Below, piece by piece: positions 38,362 through 47,326 of a DNA stretch of 60,026 bases. A program made the translations under genes and the position numbers. Source of the stretch: a phage. The notes beneath the pieces were generated by a model that saw only the letters and a program-made list of their open reading frames with translations, had not been told where the DNA came from and did not search any database. The first letter of the stretch is position 1. Every line of letters begins with the position of its first letter. The stretch lies in sequence record PV806339.1. One strand, given 5' to 3'.

Positions 38362-38390
38362 ATATTAATTACACATGTCGCGTGTGTCAA
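38362..38390 (-). promoter_or_regulatory. sigma70-like promoter with conserved extended spacer (- strand)
   Basis: On - strand: TTGACA (38390-38385), spacer CACGCGACATGTGTAAT (17), -10 TAATAT (38367-38362). Confidence 0.55.
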
Positions 38391-38399
38391 ACGCTTTCT

Positions 38400-39086
38400 T
38401 TAAATCTCGTCCCACATCTTGATCCAGCGGTTCCGGATCTTGGCCGATACGTTAGCCAGTGGCGCGCCGATTTCCAGTAGCGTTTCACGGTCGATATACT
38501 CGTTGGGGTGAATGCGGTCACTCTCCGGGTCGAAGATGTGGATGGCCGCGCCGAACCCGGCTGACGTGATTTCGCTGCTGCCTTCCTTCGGCCGGAACCA
38601 GACTGGCGGTTCAAACCCGATGCGCCCTTTGATGAAGATGGTACGCGTGGCGATAGCGTCCGGCCACCAGCTTTCTGATGTCGCGGACTTGGTCAGCCAG
38701 ATGGTTCCCGCACCTTTGGCCCGTTCTTCGTCGGCCTTGCGCATGATGTGCGTCATCCCGGTCAGGTGATCTTTCCCGGCGCGCTTCTGGCTGTAAGGGG
38801 GGTTAGCGTAGGCCCAAACGCGGGTCTTCTGGTCGAACCCGTCGCTGGCGTGGATCTCGGCCAGACGTTTTGACCAGTCCTGCTTTAACGCATTGTCTTC
38901 GGCGGTGAAGAAGCGCTGACATTTGGCGTTCTGGCCGTCGGTGAACAGGTCAAGCACGATTGGCCCGTACAGCTTGTTAATCGCTTGAAACAGCCATTCC
39001 GGCGTACGCCATTGGTCGCCGATCATCTTTGGTTCGTGTTCGTCCATGTTTTTCATGGCGTTGAGTGCATCAACATACTGGCTCAT
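38400..39086 (-). CDS. phage-type N6-adenine DNA methyltransferase (228 aa)
   Basis: WRTPEWLF motif and catalytic NPPY (ANPPYS) characteristic of N6A methyltransferases. Confidence 0.7.
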   Translation of the reverse strand: MSQYVDALNAMKNMDEHEPKMIGDQWRTPEWLFQAINKLYGPIVLDLFTDGQNAKCQRFFTAEDNALKQDWSKRLAEIHASDGFDQKTRVWAYANPPYSQKRAGKDHLTGMTHIMRKADEERAKGAGTIWLTKSATSESWWPDAIATRTIFIKGRIGFEPPVWFRPKEGSSEITSAGFGAAIHIFDPESDRIHPNEYIDRETLLEIGAPLANVSAKIRNRWIKMWDEI

Positions 39087-40186
39087 TAAAACGTGTCTCC
39101 GTTAAGCAGGTCTTCGGCCTCGCGGTAGAAGGCTTCGTATTTGTCCTCCGACATCATTGTCAGCGAATGGACGCCTGCATATTTGCGGGTCAGATCGCTG
39201 AACGTGGACGCGCTCGCGAGGGAGTGGAGGCGGTTGATCATGTCTTTGACCATTTGCTGCGTGACCGTCTTCGGTGGCGGTGACAGCAGCAGGTTATCGC
39301 ACATCGCATGGATGAACGACGTTACTTGTGGCGGAAGCCCGACTACCAGATCTGCATCAATGCGATAGTGCGGGATTTCGAGGTATTCCGCCGCCTGTAA
39401 CGGGTATGTGTGGAAGGCGGACAGGACAACCATGCGAGCGGCCGTAAGGTCGATGGCCGCCAGTTCTTCCCATGCCGCGCGAACCGAGGCGGACTGTCGG
39501 GTGTACCGTACGTTATTCTGTAGTGACTTGATCGTGGCGCGCAGCTTAGTGATTTCCCGGTCGTGCTCGGTGTTATCGTCGGCGTGACGGCGGTGGGCCT
39601 CGGATAACTGGATTTGCAGACTGGTGACAGCGCTTTCAGCAGTATCGAGACGGCGGCCTTTGTCGTCCAGCGCTTCGCGTAGTGCAGCCAGTTCGCCCGG
39701 CGTGATGTTGGCGAGGCGCAGCGGTTCGAAGTCTTTCAGCGTCAGCGGGCCATCGCTGGTCATCTGTCCGGTCAGGCGCTGTATGTCCTGCATGGCGAGG
39801 CTTCCGGCCAGTTCGAGGCTGGTGGTGCCTGCAATCTTCGCGTATTTAGCGCGGGCGCGTACCGTTTCGAGGATGGTGCTCAGGATCTGCTGGCACTGCT
39901 CGCGCTCCCACTCGGTCACTTCGGCGGCCGTTGGCGTAACTGCGGACGGACGTTTAACCCGCGTCCAGTGAATGCGGATCTCCCGGGGCATCGCGTCACC
40001 GTCCACCTCGACTTCATCGACTGACTGGATGTTCCCTTCCGGAACGCCGCAGTTATCGAGAAGGTATTTATGCGCCACGCACAGGATATGATTCGGGGAT
40101 ATGCCGCCTTCCTGCTCGATAGCCATGACGAGGATGTCTTTCAGGCTTTTGTCGTCGGTGATGTAAGTGACTTTTGGTTCGCTCAT
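39086..40186 (-). CDS. hypothetical protein (366 aa), coiled-coil-rich
   Basis: ORF; ATGA overlap with upstream gene. Confidence 0.5.
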   Translation of the reverse strand: MSEPKVTYITDDKSLKDILVMAIEQEGGISPNHILCVAHKYLLDNCGVPEGNIQSVDEVEVDGDAMPREIRIHWTRVKRPSAVTPTAAEVTEWEREQCQQILSTILETVRARAKYAKIAGTTSLELAGSLAMQDIQRLTGQMTSDGPLTLKDFEPLRLANITPGELAALREALDDKGRRLDTAESAVTSLQIQLSEAHRRHADDNTEHDREITKLRATIKSLQNNVRYTRQSASVRAAWEELAAIDLTAARMVVLSAFHTYPLQAAEYLEIPHYRIDADLVVGLPPQVTSFIHAMCDNLLLSPPPKTVTQQMVKDMINRLHSLASASTFSDLTRKYAGVHSLTMMSEDKYEAFYREAEDLLNGDTF

Positions 40187-40788
40187 TTGGATACCTTTAA
40201 GATGTTAGAGAATTCAACGATGTTGACGATTTTGTGCTGGCGGCCGCTGTTCGATCTGGCGAGGCTGGCCGACTCCATCACGCGAGGATTCATTTCAACG
40301 CGCGGCGTGCGCCCGGTACCGTATTGATCCATGCTGCTCATGCGGTCAACGCTGATGCTGTACATCTGGCTGGCCGTCATCCAGTTACCCATCGTATTGA
40401 TGAAAAATTCCATCGCCTGCAATGCGTCGAGCGCATAGACCAACGTGGACGCGTTGTCCGTGTACAGCACGTACGCGCCGACGGACGGCACAACCTTATC
40501 GACGCCGCTCATGTACTGCTCGATCCATTCTGGCGGCACTGGCGGCACGGCCAGACGTTCCCCGGTAGCCGGGCTGCCGTACGGATAGGCGAAAGCCGGG
40601 CTGGACGACACGCGACGTCCGGTAGGCGTGGTCGTCGCCATTGCTTTCGGCGCGTCGGACTCCGGCGCGGTGCATGGGGGTGGGTCGATGTCATTCGCAT
40701 CCCATGTCTTCTGGCAGTCCCGGCAATAGAATTGGTCACTATGCTGCACGACTGATAAGTGGCTTCCGCCAGTGGCTTCGATTCTCAT
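40183..40788 (-). CDS. hypothetical protein (ORF to 40851; likely Met at 40788)
   Basis: ATGA overlap at 40785-40788; N-terminal CRDC Cys pair. Confidence 0.45.
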   Translation of the reverse strand: MRIEATGGSHLSVVQHSDQFYCRDCQKTWDANDIDPPPCTAPESDAPKAMATTTPTGRRVSSSPAFAYPYGSPATGERLAVPPVPPEWIEQYMSGVDKVVPSVGAYVLYTDNASTLVYALDALQAMEFFINTMGNWMTASQMYSISVDRMSSMDQYGTGRTPRVEMNPRVMESASLARSNSGRQHKIVNIVEFSNILKVSK

Positions 40789-41531
40789 ATCTCGACTTCC
40801 CCTTCGGTTAAAATGCGAAACGCGCCGCCGCCGACTTTCCAGCCCTGCCATACGTCGGCCAGAAGCGCCGCCCGGTACTTCCGGTGAAACACGTTATAAA
40901 TCATGTCCCAATTCTCACTCGGCAGGTCAGACGCGATACCGCCGCCCTCCCACGCCCAATCACGCGGCGACTGCGTCAGCCATTTCAGCGGAGGACGGGG
41001 GTAGGTGTACGGATTCGCCAGACCGCAGGCCACCAGCCCGCGTTTAATCCATGCACGTTGCCACCATAAATCGTGAACCGTCTTCCCGGCGATGAATTCT
41101 TCGTCCAGCATCGCGCACAGGATCGTCATGGCGGCCTTTTCTGCGTTCATGGGTACGCCAATGTCGTCCCAATCTTCCAGCGCCGCCCTGACGCCGTCAG
41201 CGCTGCCGTCGTCGTTGCTGGTGGATGAACGGTCATGCAGGATGACGTCGAACACCATGAACGGGAACACGACCTGTTCGCCGTTCCGCGTGTATTTCGG
41301 GTTAGGCTCGCTGAACATGGCCGAGTACAGGCGGCGGATGTGGTCTTCGAGATCCGGGACGAAGCCAGTCAGGTTTTCGGTGGTGTCGGCGTTAACGACT
41401 TCAAGGTCGGTTCCGTTGGTGCGGACAAGGCAGCGCGGCCCGTACGGCAGGGGGAACACGTACAGCACTTCTTTCCCGATCAACGCTTGGTTGAAAGGTA
41501 CGAATTTCATTACGTGGGTCTTCATCGGCAT
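40785..41531 (-). CDS. hypothetical protein (248 aa)
   Basis: ATG at 41531 with AAGGAG RBS and upstream promoter. Confidence 0.5.
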   Translation of the reverse strand: MPMKTHVMKFVPFNQALIGKEVLYVFPLPYGPRCLVRTNGTDLEVVNADTTENLTGFVPDLEDHIRRLYSAMFSEPNPKYTRNGEQVVFPFMVFDVILHDRSSTSNDDGSADGVRAALEDWDDIGVPMNAEKAAMTILCAMLDEEFIAGKTVHDLWWQRAWIKRGLVACGLANPYTYPRPPLKWLTQSPRDWAWEGGGIASDLPSENWDMIYNVFHRKYRAALLADVWQGWKVGGGAFRILTEGEVEI

Positions 41532-41553
41532 GACTCCTTTGTTATGGTACGGG

Positions 41554-41582
41554 AATATTAGTCGTACACGCGACGTACGTCA
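41554..41582 (-). promoter_or_regulatory. sigma70-like promoter with conserved extended spacer (- strand)
   Basis: On - strand: TTGACG (41582-41577), spacer TACGTCGCGTGTACGAC (17), -10 TAATAT (41559-41554). Confidence 0.55.
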
Positions 41583-41720
41583 ATAACTTTATTCGGGGCA
41601 AAAGAAAGCCCGCGTAAAGGGATTGCGGGCTTTTGGAAGGTGGCATCCGAAGATTACCACTGGCTTAAAGCGGACAACGCAGGAGCCGATAAGGAAGCAC
41701 TATGCCGAGTCCGCAGTTAA

Positions 41721-41996
41721 TCATATGTCGGGGTTACTGTAAATAAGATTCCAGTATTTGTACTCCTTCAAGTCCAGTTCGATGACGCATGGGTCATCCA
41801 GCGCGCTCAGGCAGGTGCCGTAGTCCTCGACAAAGACGCAGGAGGATTCCGGGTGATGCAGCAGGCGTACCCGGCGGTAGTTCAGGTGCCATTCCGGACT
41901 GAACACATGATCCTCCGGCTGGCGTATCAGCATGATCTGGCCTGTCGTTTTGACCTGCCAGTATTGGTCTACTTGGGGCGTGGCATAGGCTCCCAT
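41721..41996 (-). CDS. hypothetical protein (about 92 aa from Met at 41996; ORF extends to 42128)
   Basis: AAGGAG RBS before ATG at 41996, just downstream of previous stop. Confidence 0.4.
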   Translation of the reverse strand: MGAYATPQVDQYWQVKTTGQIMLIRQPEDHVFSPEWHLNYRRVRLLHHPESSCVFVEDYGTCLSALDDPCVIELDLKEYKYWNLIYSNPDI

Positions 41997-42000
41997 TTCG

Positions 42001-42234
42001 TTACTCCTTTTTATCCGCTTTGTCCCGGTAAACGCGGGTACCCATCTTCCCGTAGATCTGGTCTTGCAACGTGAACCGGATGGACAGGCGGATGTTAAGC
42101 CGATAGCCCATTCGACGCAGATAGCCAAGATCCTGCGGCTTCACGCCTTCGATAAAGAACGAATCGCCGTCCTTCATCCCGAGCAGAAGTTTTTCGTGAG
42201 TTTCACGCACGCTTTTGTCGGTAGTCGCGGCCAT
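42001..42234 (-). CDS. hypothetical protein (77 aa)
   Basis: ORF. Confidence 0.4.
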   Translation of the reverse strand: MAATTDKSVRETHEKLLLGMKDGDSFFIEGVKPQDLGYLRRMGYRLNIRLSIRFTLQDQIYGKMGTRVYRDKADKKE

Positions 42235-42236
42235 TG

Positions 42237-43313
42237 TTAAACCTCGTCGTCGTCTTCTTCGTCGTTCAGCGTTCCGGTGTACTCGACTACCTGCCCGGCC
42301 TCGTCCAGCACGCTGATCACCGCACGCAGGGACTTATCGAGTTGGAACAGGTTAGCCATCATGGTCAGGAACTGGCCGCCGTCGGTGCCGTAGCGTTCGA
42401 GCGTGGCGTCGTAGTTCGCATCAACGTCGGCCTCGCCGATGTGGATACCGGACAGGATGGCTTTGTCGGACAGGCGGAAGTACACGGTGTCGATGCCCGG
42501 GCATTGCGTATCGACTTCGAGATCCAGCGCGCGGACAGTCCAGTGACGTGACAGCAGGTCAACCACCGACTCGTCTTTGAAGATGTCCGTGTCCTTCATC
42601 TTGACGTCGTCGCCATCGTCGTGTTTCAGGTGGATAAACGCATCGCCCTTGATGCCGTCCTGCTGGCCGAGAACCGCGCGCTGCATTAACTGGCGCAGCT
42701 CATACTCGCTCGGCAGGAGGTGTTCGACGGGCCATGTGCCGAGCGCGGTACGGATCAGCGCGCTGCACTCTTCTGCCGTCTTCGCGCTCGACGTGAACAC
42801 GTACACGAACGGGGCGGACAGGATGACGTTGACGCGGGAAGGGCGGATAGGCGCGTGTTTCAGCATTTCCGCTTCCACGTCGTCCTTCATCTGCGCCCAA
42901 TCCTTGCGGTTCGGCTCCCAACCCTCGATCTCTTTCTCCCGCAACGCGGCCATGCGCTTCACGACTTCATTTCGTACGCTGACGCCGGGCAACACACGTT
43001 CGCGCTTCTCGATCTGGAAGACGATGGCGTTTGTTCCGGGGATGGCGAGGGCGAATTTACTTTCAACCTCTTCGCCGTACGCTGCAAAGCCCATTGTCTT
43101 GTAAGACGCCTCCGGCGGATCTGACACTTCATGCTTTTCGAGTGCATCGCTAAACGCTCCTTTCGCGAAAGCCGTTACGGCCTCTTCGTCAACGTTCGGC
43201 AGGTTCAGGATCAGGCGGTGCAGCGGCTTGACCTTCTCGTTACCGTCGTTGGCCGCGTCATACAGCGCGCCGAGGTGCAAGATAATGGCTTTCTCATAAC
43301 CCTTGATTTTCAT
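42237..43313 (-). CDS. recombination-associated RdgC-like protein (358 aa), ends ...EEDDDEV
   Basis: Length and several colinear segments resemble RdgC (e.g. ALGTWPVEHLLPSEYEL); identification tentative. Confidence 0.4.
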   Translation of the reverse strand: MKIKGYEKAIILHLGALYDAANDGNEKVKPLHRLILNLPNVDEEAVTAFAKGAFSDALEKHEVSDPPEASYKTMGFAAYGEEVESKFALAIPGTNAIVFQIEKRERVLPGVSVRNEVVKRMAALREKEIEGWEPNRKDWAQMKDDVEAEMLKHAPIRPSRVNVILSAPFVYVFTSSAKTAEECSALIRTALGTWPVEHLLPSEYELRQLMQRAVLGQQDGIKGDAFIHLKHDDGDDVKMKDTDIFKDESVVDLLSRHWTVRALDLEVDTQCPGIDTVYFRLSDKAILSGIHIGEADVDANYDATLERYGTDGGQFLTMMANLFQLDKSLRAVISVLDEAGQVVEYTGTLNDEEDDDEV

Positions 43314-43656
43314 GCTCTATGGCTCCTACGTTAATTAAATTGGCTGGTGCTCCGTGGTACATCGACTGCGCAGCATGGAACATCGCGGCGCGTAGTGCTT
43401 CTTTGGCCGCCCGAAGGCCCGCCATTGATTCAGCGTACTGGTCGCTGACCGTGTTATACGCCGCCTCGTCGTTGTCCAGTGTGGCGAGGTCAAGCATTTT
43501 GGTACTGTGGGCCTGCACTTCGTCTTCCATGTCCTTGAAAAACGTCTCAAGGGCAGACAGTTTGCAGGTGATTTGGTCTAACCGGACTTTGCGCAGTTCT
43601 TGGAACTGCACGCGAACGAATTCAATGCCTTCCACCAGCCACCTCCACGACGACAT
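43294..43656 (-). CDS. hypothetical protein (120 aa)
   Basis: ORF. Confidence 0.45.
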   Translation of the reverse strand: MSSWRWLVEGIEFVRVQFQELRKVRLDQITCKLSALETFFKDMEDEVQAHSTKMLDLATLDNDEAAYNTVSDQYAESMAGLRAAKEALRAAMFHAAQSMYHGAPANLINVGAIEHENQGL

Positions 43657-43957
43657 TCTGCACTTCCGGGCATGGCATATTCGTCATGGCCCAATCCAGA
43701 AACTTCACGATGTACATGCGCATGGCCGTGCATTCATCCGCGCCGCGAGCCTCGCCGTGCTTCGCGATGGCCGGGTCGCCAGACTGATAGAAGGTCACGC
43801 GGTGATTCGTGGCCGCCGACACCTTGATCCCGGTGTGCGTGGCATGGATGGTCACGCTGTAGATCCGCTCGATAGCGCGGAACGCCGGGACGACGTCGAT
43901 GCGGCCTTTCGGGTGCATGGCGTTGTTCACCATCAACGCGGTATTAGTCGGCTGCAT
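43622..43957 (-). CDS. hypothetical protein (111 aa)
   Basis: ORF. Confidence 0.4.
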   Translation of the reverse strand: MQPTNTALMVNNAMHPKGRIDVVPAFRAIERIYSVTIHATHTGIKVSAATNHRVTFYQSGDPAIAKHGEARGADECTAMRMYIVKFLDWAMTNMPCPEVQNVVVEVAGGRH

Positions 43958-44384
43958 TCAGAGGTTCCTCTTTCAGACGGTAGGTGATGGTGTCCGGGCG
44001 AGTCGCGTCGATTTCCAGTTCAGGCATCTGCCCGGTGATCAGGCGGGACGGCGTAAGGACTGCGGTGCGCAGGCCATTCTCGAACATGATGTTGGCCGCC
44101 GTGACCAGCGAAATACTTTCGATGTGGTCTTGGGTCTGGTCGAGGCGGCGCTGTAACAGTTCGACCTTCTCCGCGTTCGTGTCCGGAATGTCGAAGGCAG
44201 ACCGCAAGCCATCGATCAACGCAATAGCGTCCGCGCGGGTCAGGGGGGTAACGATCTCGGTGTCGCCGTTGTCCTTCTCGATGTAGATCTCGCCGTCCTT
44301 CTGGCCGGGCTTCTTGTAGATAAAGGCCGTGCGGGTGATGTCGCGTACCGGACTCAGTTCAATAGGGTGGTGCGTGGTTTTCAT
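43944..44384 (-). CDS. hypothetical protein (146 aa)
   Basis: ORF. Confidence 0.45.
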   Translation of the reverse strand: MKTTHHPIELSPVRDITRTAFIYKKPGQKDGEIYIEKDNGDTEIVTPLTRADAIALIDGLRSAFDIPDTNAEKVELLQRRLDQTQDHIESISLVTAANIMFENGLRTAVLTPSRLITGQMPELEIDATRPDTITYRLKEEPLNAAD

Positions 44385-44455
44385 CGGTGTGCGTCCTATA
44401 GGGTGTCAGGTCAAAAGGGTGGTACGCCATTTTTCAGGCGTGCCGTCCTACGTTT

Positions 44456-44827
44456 TTAAACTTCGTCGTCGTCCGAAACGTCGGTGTCAGTACAGGTCAC
44501 AACGGCCTGAATGAACATGCGGCCAGACGGGTAAGTCACCAGCGCGGATTCCATGCTGAACCGTTGGCCGTGGTGTTTCATGGCGTTCCGGATGGAAGAA
44601 TTAAGGCTGGCCCGCATCTTCGCTTTGAGGGCATTGGCCTCGTCCTGTACCTGCGAAAGCGTACGGTCAAGCGGGAGTTCTTGGGACAGGGTGTACACGC
44701 CACCGACTTCCAGCGCAATGAGGTTCCCCACGACGCTGTACACGCGCACGCGTGACGGCAGTTCAACATCCGGCTCGGTCGTCATCATTGCGCCAGTCAG
44801 TTCGGCCGGGCTTAGTTCTTTGCTCAT
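44456..44827 (-). CDS. hypothetical protein (123 aa), ends ...VSDDDEV
   Basis: First gene of - strand early operon; GGAG RBS; promoter upstream. Confidence 0.5.
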   Translation of the reverse strand: MSKELSPAELTGAMMTTEPDVELPSRVRVYSVVGNLIALEVGGVYTLSQELPLDRTLSQVQDEANALKAKMRASLNSSIRNAMKHHGQRFSMESALVTYPSGRMFIQAVVTCTDTDVSDDDEV

Positions 44828-44869
44828 TGGGATGGCTCCAGTTGGTTCGTTAAATGTTACGTTCGGAGA

Positions 44870-44898
44870 ACAATAGTTCTACACGCGACGTATGTCAA
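44870..44898 (-). promoter_or_regulatory. sigma70-like promoter with conserved extended spacer (- strand)
   Basis: On - strand: TTGACA (44898-44893), spacer TACGTCGCGTGTAGAAC (17), -10 TATTGT (44875-44870). Confidence 0.55.
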
Positions 44899-44951
44899 TT
44901 CATTTCATCCAGTAATTATGATGACCGGGTGACACTCCAGTTTAGTTTCAG

Positions 44952-45187
44952 CCGGATGACTTTTTGAAGTAAGGCGGGTGGCCGGGCCGCCGGGCTTCAA
45001 CCGGGTAACTTTTTCAAGTAAGCGCGGAACGTCGCAACGACAACCGGACAGGTTTTTCAAGTAAGCCCGTCAGCCGGGTGAAATTGCCCCGACGCTGGTG
45101 GACAAAACCGTCAGCCGGGTAGGTTTTTGAAGTAAGAACTGGCCGCGTCGTTCAAAATTTTTCAACCGGGTAACTTTTTCAAGTAAG
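44952..45187. repeat. array of five 22-bp direct repeats CCGG(G/A)T(A/G)(A/G)(C/G)TTTTT(C/G)AAGTAAG
   Basis: Copies at 44952-44973, 45001-45022, 45044-45065, 45115-45136, 45166-45187; copies 2 and 5 identical. Confidence 0.85.
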
Positions 45188-45493
45188 CCCGTCGGGAATT
45201 TTTATAGAGAAAGTCAGGCCCGGCGCGGCCTGCCGTTGTGGGCGGTTGTCGTTTTTGGCGGGATTTCGTACAAATCGTTATAAATCAACGGCTTAACCTA
45301 TGCGCCGATCGGCCTGTTTTGGCCCGGTTGGCGTCGGTTTTTCGTATAGAGTTCAAGTGTTTAGGACGTGGCGCGGTGTGCCGTTTGGCGGTGTGCCGGG
45401 GCGGGGGCCGTGGGGCGCGGCGGTGCAATGCGGCCCGGCGTGGCGATCGGTGGCGCTTTTATGTGCGGTTAATCAAATAATATGAAAAAAGAT

Positions 45494-45522
45494 TTGACGC
45501 ACGCCGCGTATATCATTTACAT
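45494..45522 (+). promoter_or_regulatory. sigma70-like promoter with conserved extended spacer (+ strand)
   Basis: TTGACG (45494-45499), spacer CACGCCGCGTATATCAT (17), -10 TTACAT/TACATT; followed by CCCTTCGGGGG hairpin. Confidence 0.5.
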
Positions 45523-45587
45523 TTAAATTCCCTTCGGGGGACGGGGCAAAAAGTCCCGGCGATAAACTAACTTTATGAGGTGTCACG

Positions 45588-45848
45588 ATGGAAAAGGTAT
45601 ACAACGCGATCAAGGGTCAGACGTTGCAACATTGGTTATCAATCGTTATTAAGCGCGACGAAAGCGGCACGGCAACGGTTGAACTGCATAGCACGATCCA
45701 CGTTAACCGGGTGAGCACGCTTTCTTTTTCATGGGGGAAGGAATTCACCGACGCCGATATTTTAAATGACAATGATTTATTACGCGTTATTTATCAGAAG
45801 TACGGCCGCGAAATTTTCACCGCCGAATATACCCGCGATTTCAAATAA
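45588..45848 (+). CDS. hypothetical early protein (86 aa)
   Basis: ORF downstream of promoter. Confidence 0.5.
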   Translation: MEKVYNAIKGQTLQHWLSIVIKRDESGTATVELHSTIHVNRVSTLSFSWGKEFTDADILNDNDLLRVIYQKYGREIFTAEYTRDFK

Positions 45849-45861
45849 GAGGATCAACACA

Positions 45862-46401
45862 ATGCAAACTATCATTACCAAATATTCTAACGGTTCAATT
45901 ATGGCTAAATGCTGGAATGGTTGGACGCGTTCACAGTATGACGCTGAATTAAATAGCGAACAAAATCACCGCGCGGCCGCTGAAAAGTTGATCGCTAAAC
46001 TCAATGCGAATAAATCAGTTAGTTGGGGGATTGTTGCTAGTGCGCCATCCGTGCCGGGCGTGCGTGGTACGGATAATGGCTGGACGTTTATGATCGGTTA
46101 TATTCCAGAAGTCGCGCCGCTGGATATGTCGATCACTGTTAAATTCTGCCCGGCAACAAATAAAGGCCCGGCGTATATGCGCGTTTATTCGTGGTTAGTG
46201 CCGCGCGGGATCAAGGTTAACTATTCGCCACGCGTCGCCGACGGGTCAGACATTCAAGCCAATGCACGATACGCGGCCGGGATCATGTTAGAGCGAATTA
46301 ATGAAATATGCCGCGAGGGGGGCGATCTTTTAGGCTGGAAAATTGCGGACTATGTGCAATTGTACGACGGCGATCGCCTGTTCACACTGAAAGCTAATTA
46401 A
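45862..46401 (+). CDS. hypothetical early protein (about 180 aa; start refined from ORF 45766)
   Basis: RBS AAGAGG before ATG at 45862. Confidence 0.5.
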   Translation: MQTIITKYSNGSIMAKCWNGWTRSQYDAELNSEQNHRAAAEKLIAKLNANKSVSWGIVASAPSVPGVRGTDNGWTFMIGYIPEVAPLDMSITVKFCPATNKGPAYMRVYSWLVPRGIKVNYSPRVADGSDIQANARYAAGIMLERINEICREGGDLLGWKIADYVQLYDGDRLFTLKAN

Positions 46402-46415
46402 TCCGGGGGCGCGTC

Positions 46416-46616
46416 ATGTTAATGGCTATTATCTTGATCGGTTATTCAATTATTGCGGCTGTTATATATCGTGACGCGCGGGCGGTGTGGCGTCGCTGTA
46501 AGGTTGAGCGCCGTTATTCTTTCGGGCGTAAAACTTTTTATTTACGCGAGCGTAAAACAGGCCGTTTGATCGGCTGTTCAAATAATTTTTTCACTCTTCT
46601 GTTACAAGGGGCTTAA
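46416..46616 (+). CDS. small membrane protein (66 aa)
   Basis: N-terminal TM LMAIILIGYSIIAAVIY. Confidence 0.4.
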   Translation: MLMAIILIGYSIIAAVIYRDARAVWRRCKVERRYSFGRKTFYLRERKTGRLIGCSNNFFTLLLQGA

Positions 46617-46618
46617 TC

Positions 46619-47101
46619 ATGAATCTTAATTCTATCAATAAAGATCAACGTTTATACGTCATGAAAGCGGGCGCGGGCTTTACCTGCTACGGGTTCGACG
46701 TGCTGAACAATAAAGCGCGCCGGGCGTTGGAATGGTTAAAGCGTCACGGCCGCGCGGCTGAAATGCTGTTAGGGGCAAAGGGGATCGACGTCATCGCGCT
46801 GGATATTCCCGCCCGCGTTGGTACTAAAAAACATTTTGCCGCGTGCAATAAGGTATTCGACGCCGCGCGGATCTATTCCATCGCGAGCGGCAATAAATGC
46901 GATGCGGAATATACACCGCAATTAATCGGCCTTGAGGGTCGCCGCGTGGAAGTGGTGGACGCATACGGGGAAACGCGCCGCTTTACCGTGGGGCGGTCAT
47001 CCGGCTGGATGCCTTGCCACCTTGAGATCGCCCGCCGCGATTCCAACGGCGGCCCGGCGGTGACGGGCGCGCCTTTTAAATCCGTATCCGTAATTAACTA
47101 A
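46619..47101 (+). CDS. hypothetical early protein (160 aa)
   Basis: ORF. Confidence 0.5.
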   Translation: MNLNSINKDQRLYVMKAGAGFTCYGFDVLNNKARRALEWLKRHGRAAEMLLGAKGIDVIALDIPARVGTKKHFAACNKVFDAARIYSIASGNKCDAEYTPQLIGLEGRRVEVVDAYGETRRFTVGRSSGWMPCHLEIARRDSNGGPAVTGAPFKSVSVIN

Positions 47102-47112
47102 CCGGGGGATCT

Positions 47113-47316
47113 ATGGGTCATATGTATGGCGTTATCTTGTCAAATGGTACGCATTGCGACACGTCAACCACGGAAAAGGGCGCGAAAAATTACGCCACGC
47201 GCCACGGTTACAAGGAAGTAAGCCGCCGCCTGAATTGCGGCTATGACGTCGAAATCGTAGCACATCGCGCCGGGTCGAAATGGATCGACGGGCCTGCTAA
47301 CCACTCAACCAAATAA
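47113..47316 (+). CDS. hypothetical early protein (67 aa)
   Basis: RBS GGGGGAT. Confidence 0.4.
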   Translation: MGHMYGVILSNGTHCDTSTTEKGAKNYATRHGYKEVSRRLNCGYDVEIVAHRAGSKWIDGPANHSTK

Positions 47317-47326
47317 GGGGATCACC

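Noticed and set aside
40785-41531. Possible ATP-dependent ligase
   Set aside because: No KxDG adenylation motif found; left as hypothetical.
44952-45187. Possible CRISPR array
   Set aside because: Repeats are only 22 bp with irregular 20-50 bp unrelated spacers, no cas genes, and located between divergent promoters; fits an operator/iteron array better.
45238-45485. GC-rich ORFs 45238..45480 and 45300..45485
   Set aside because: Lie in the repeat-rich intergenic region just upstream of the 45494 promoter; no RBS; Gly/Arg/Cys-rich translations look non-coding.
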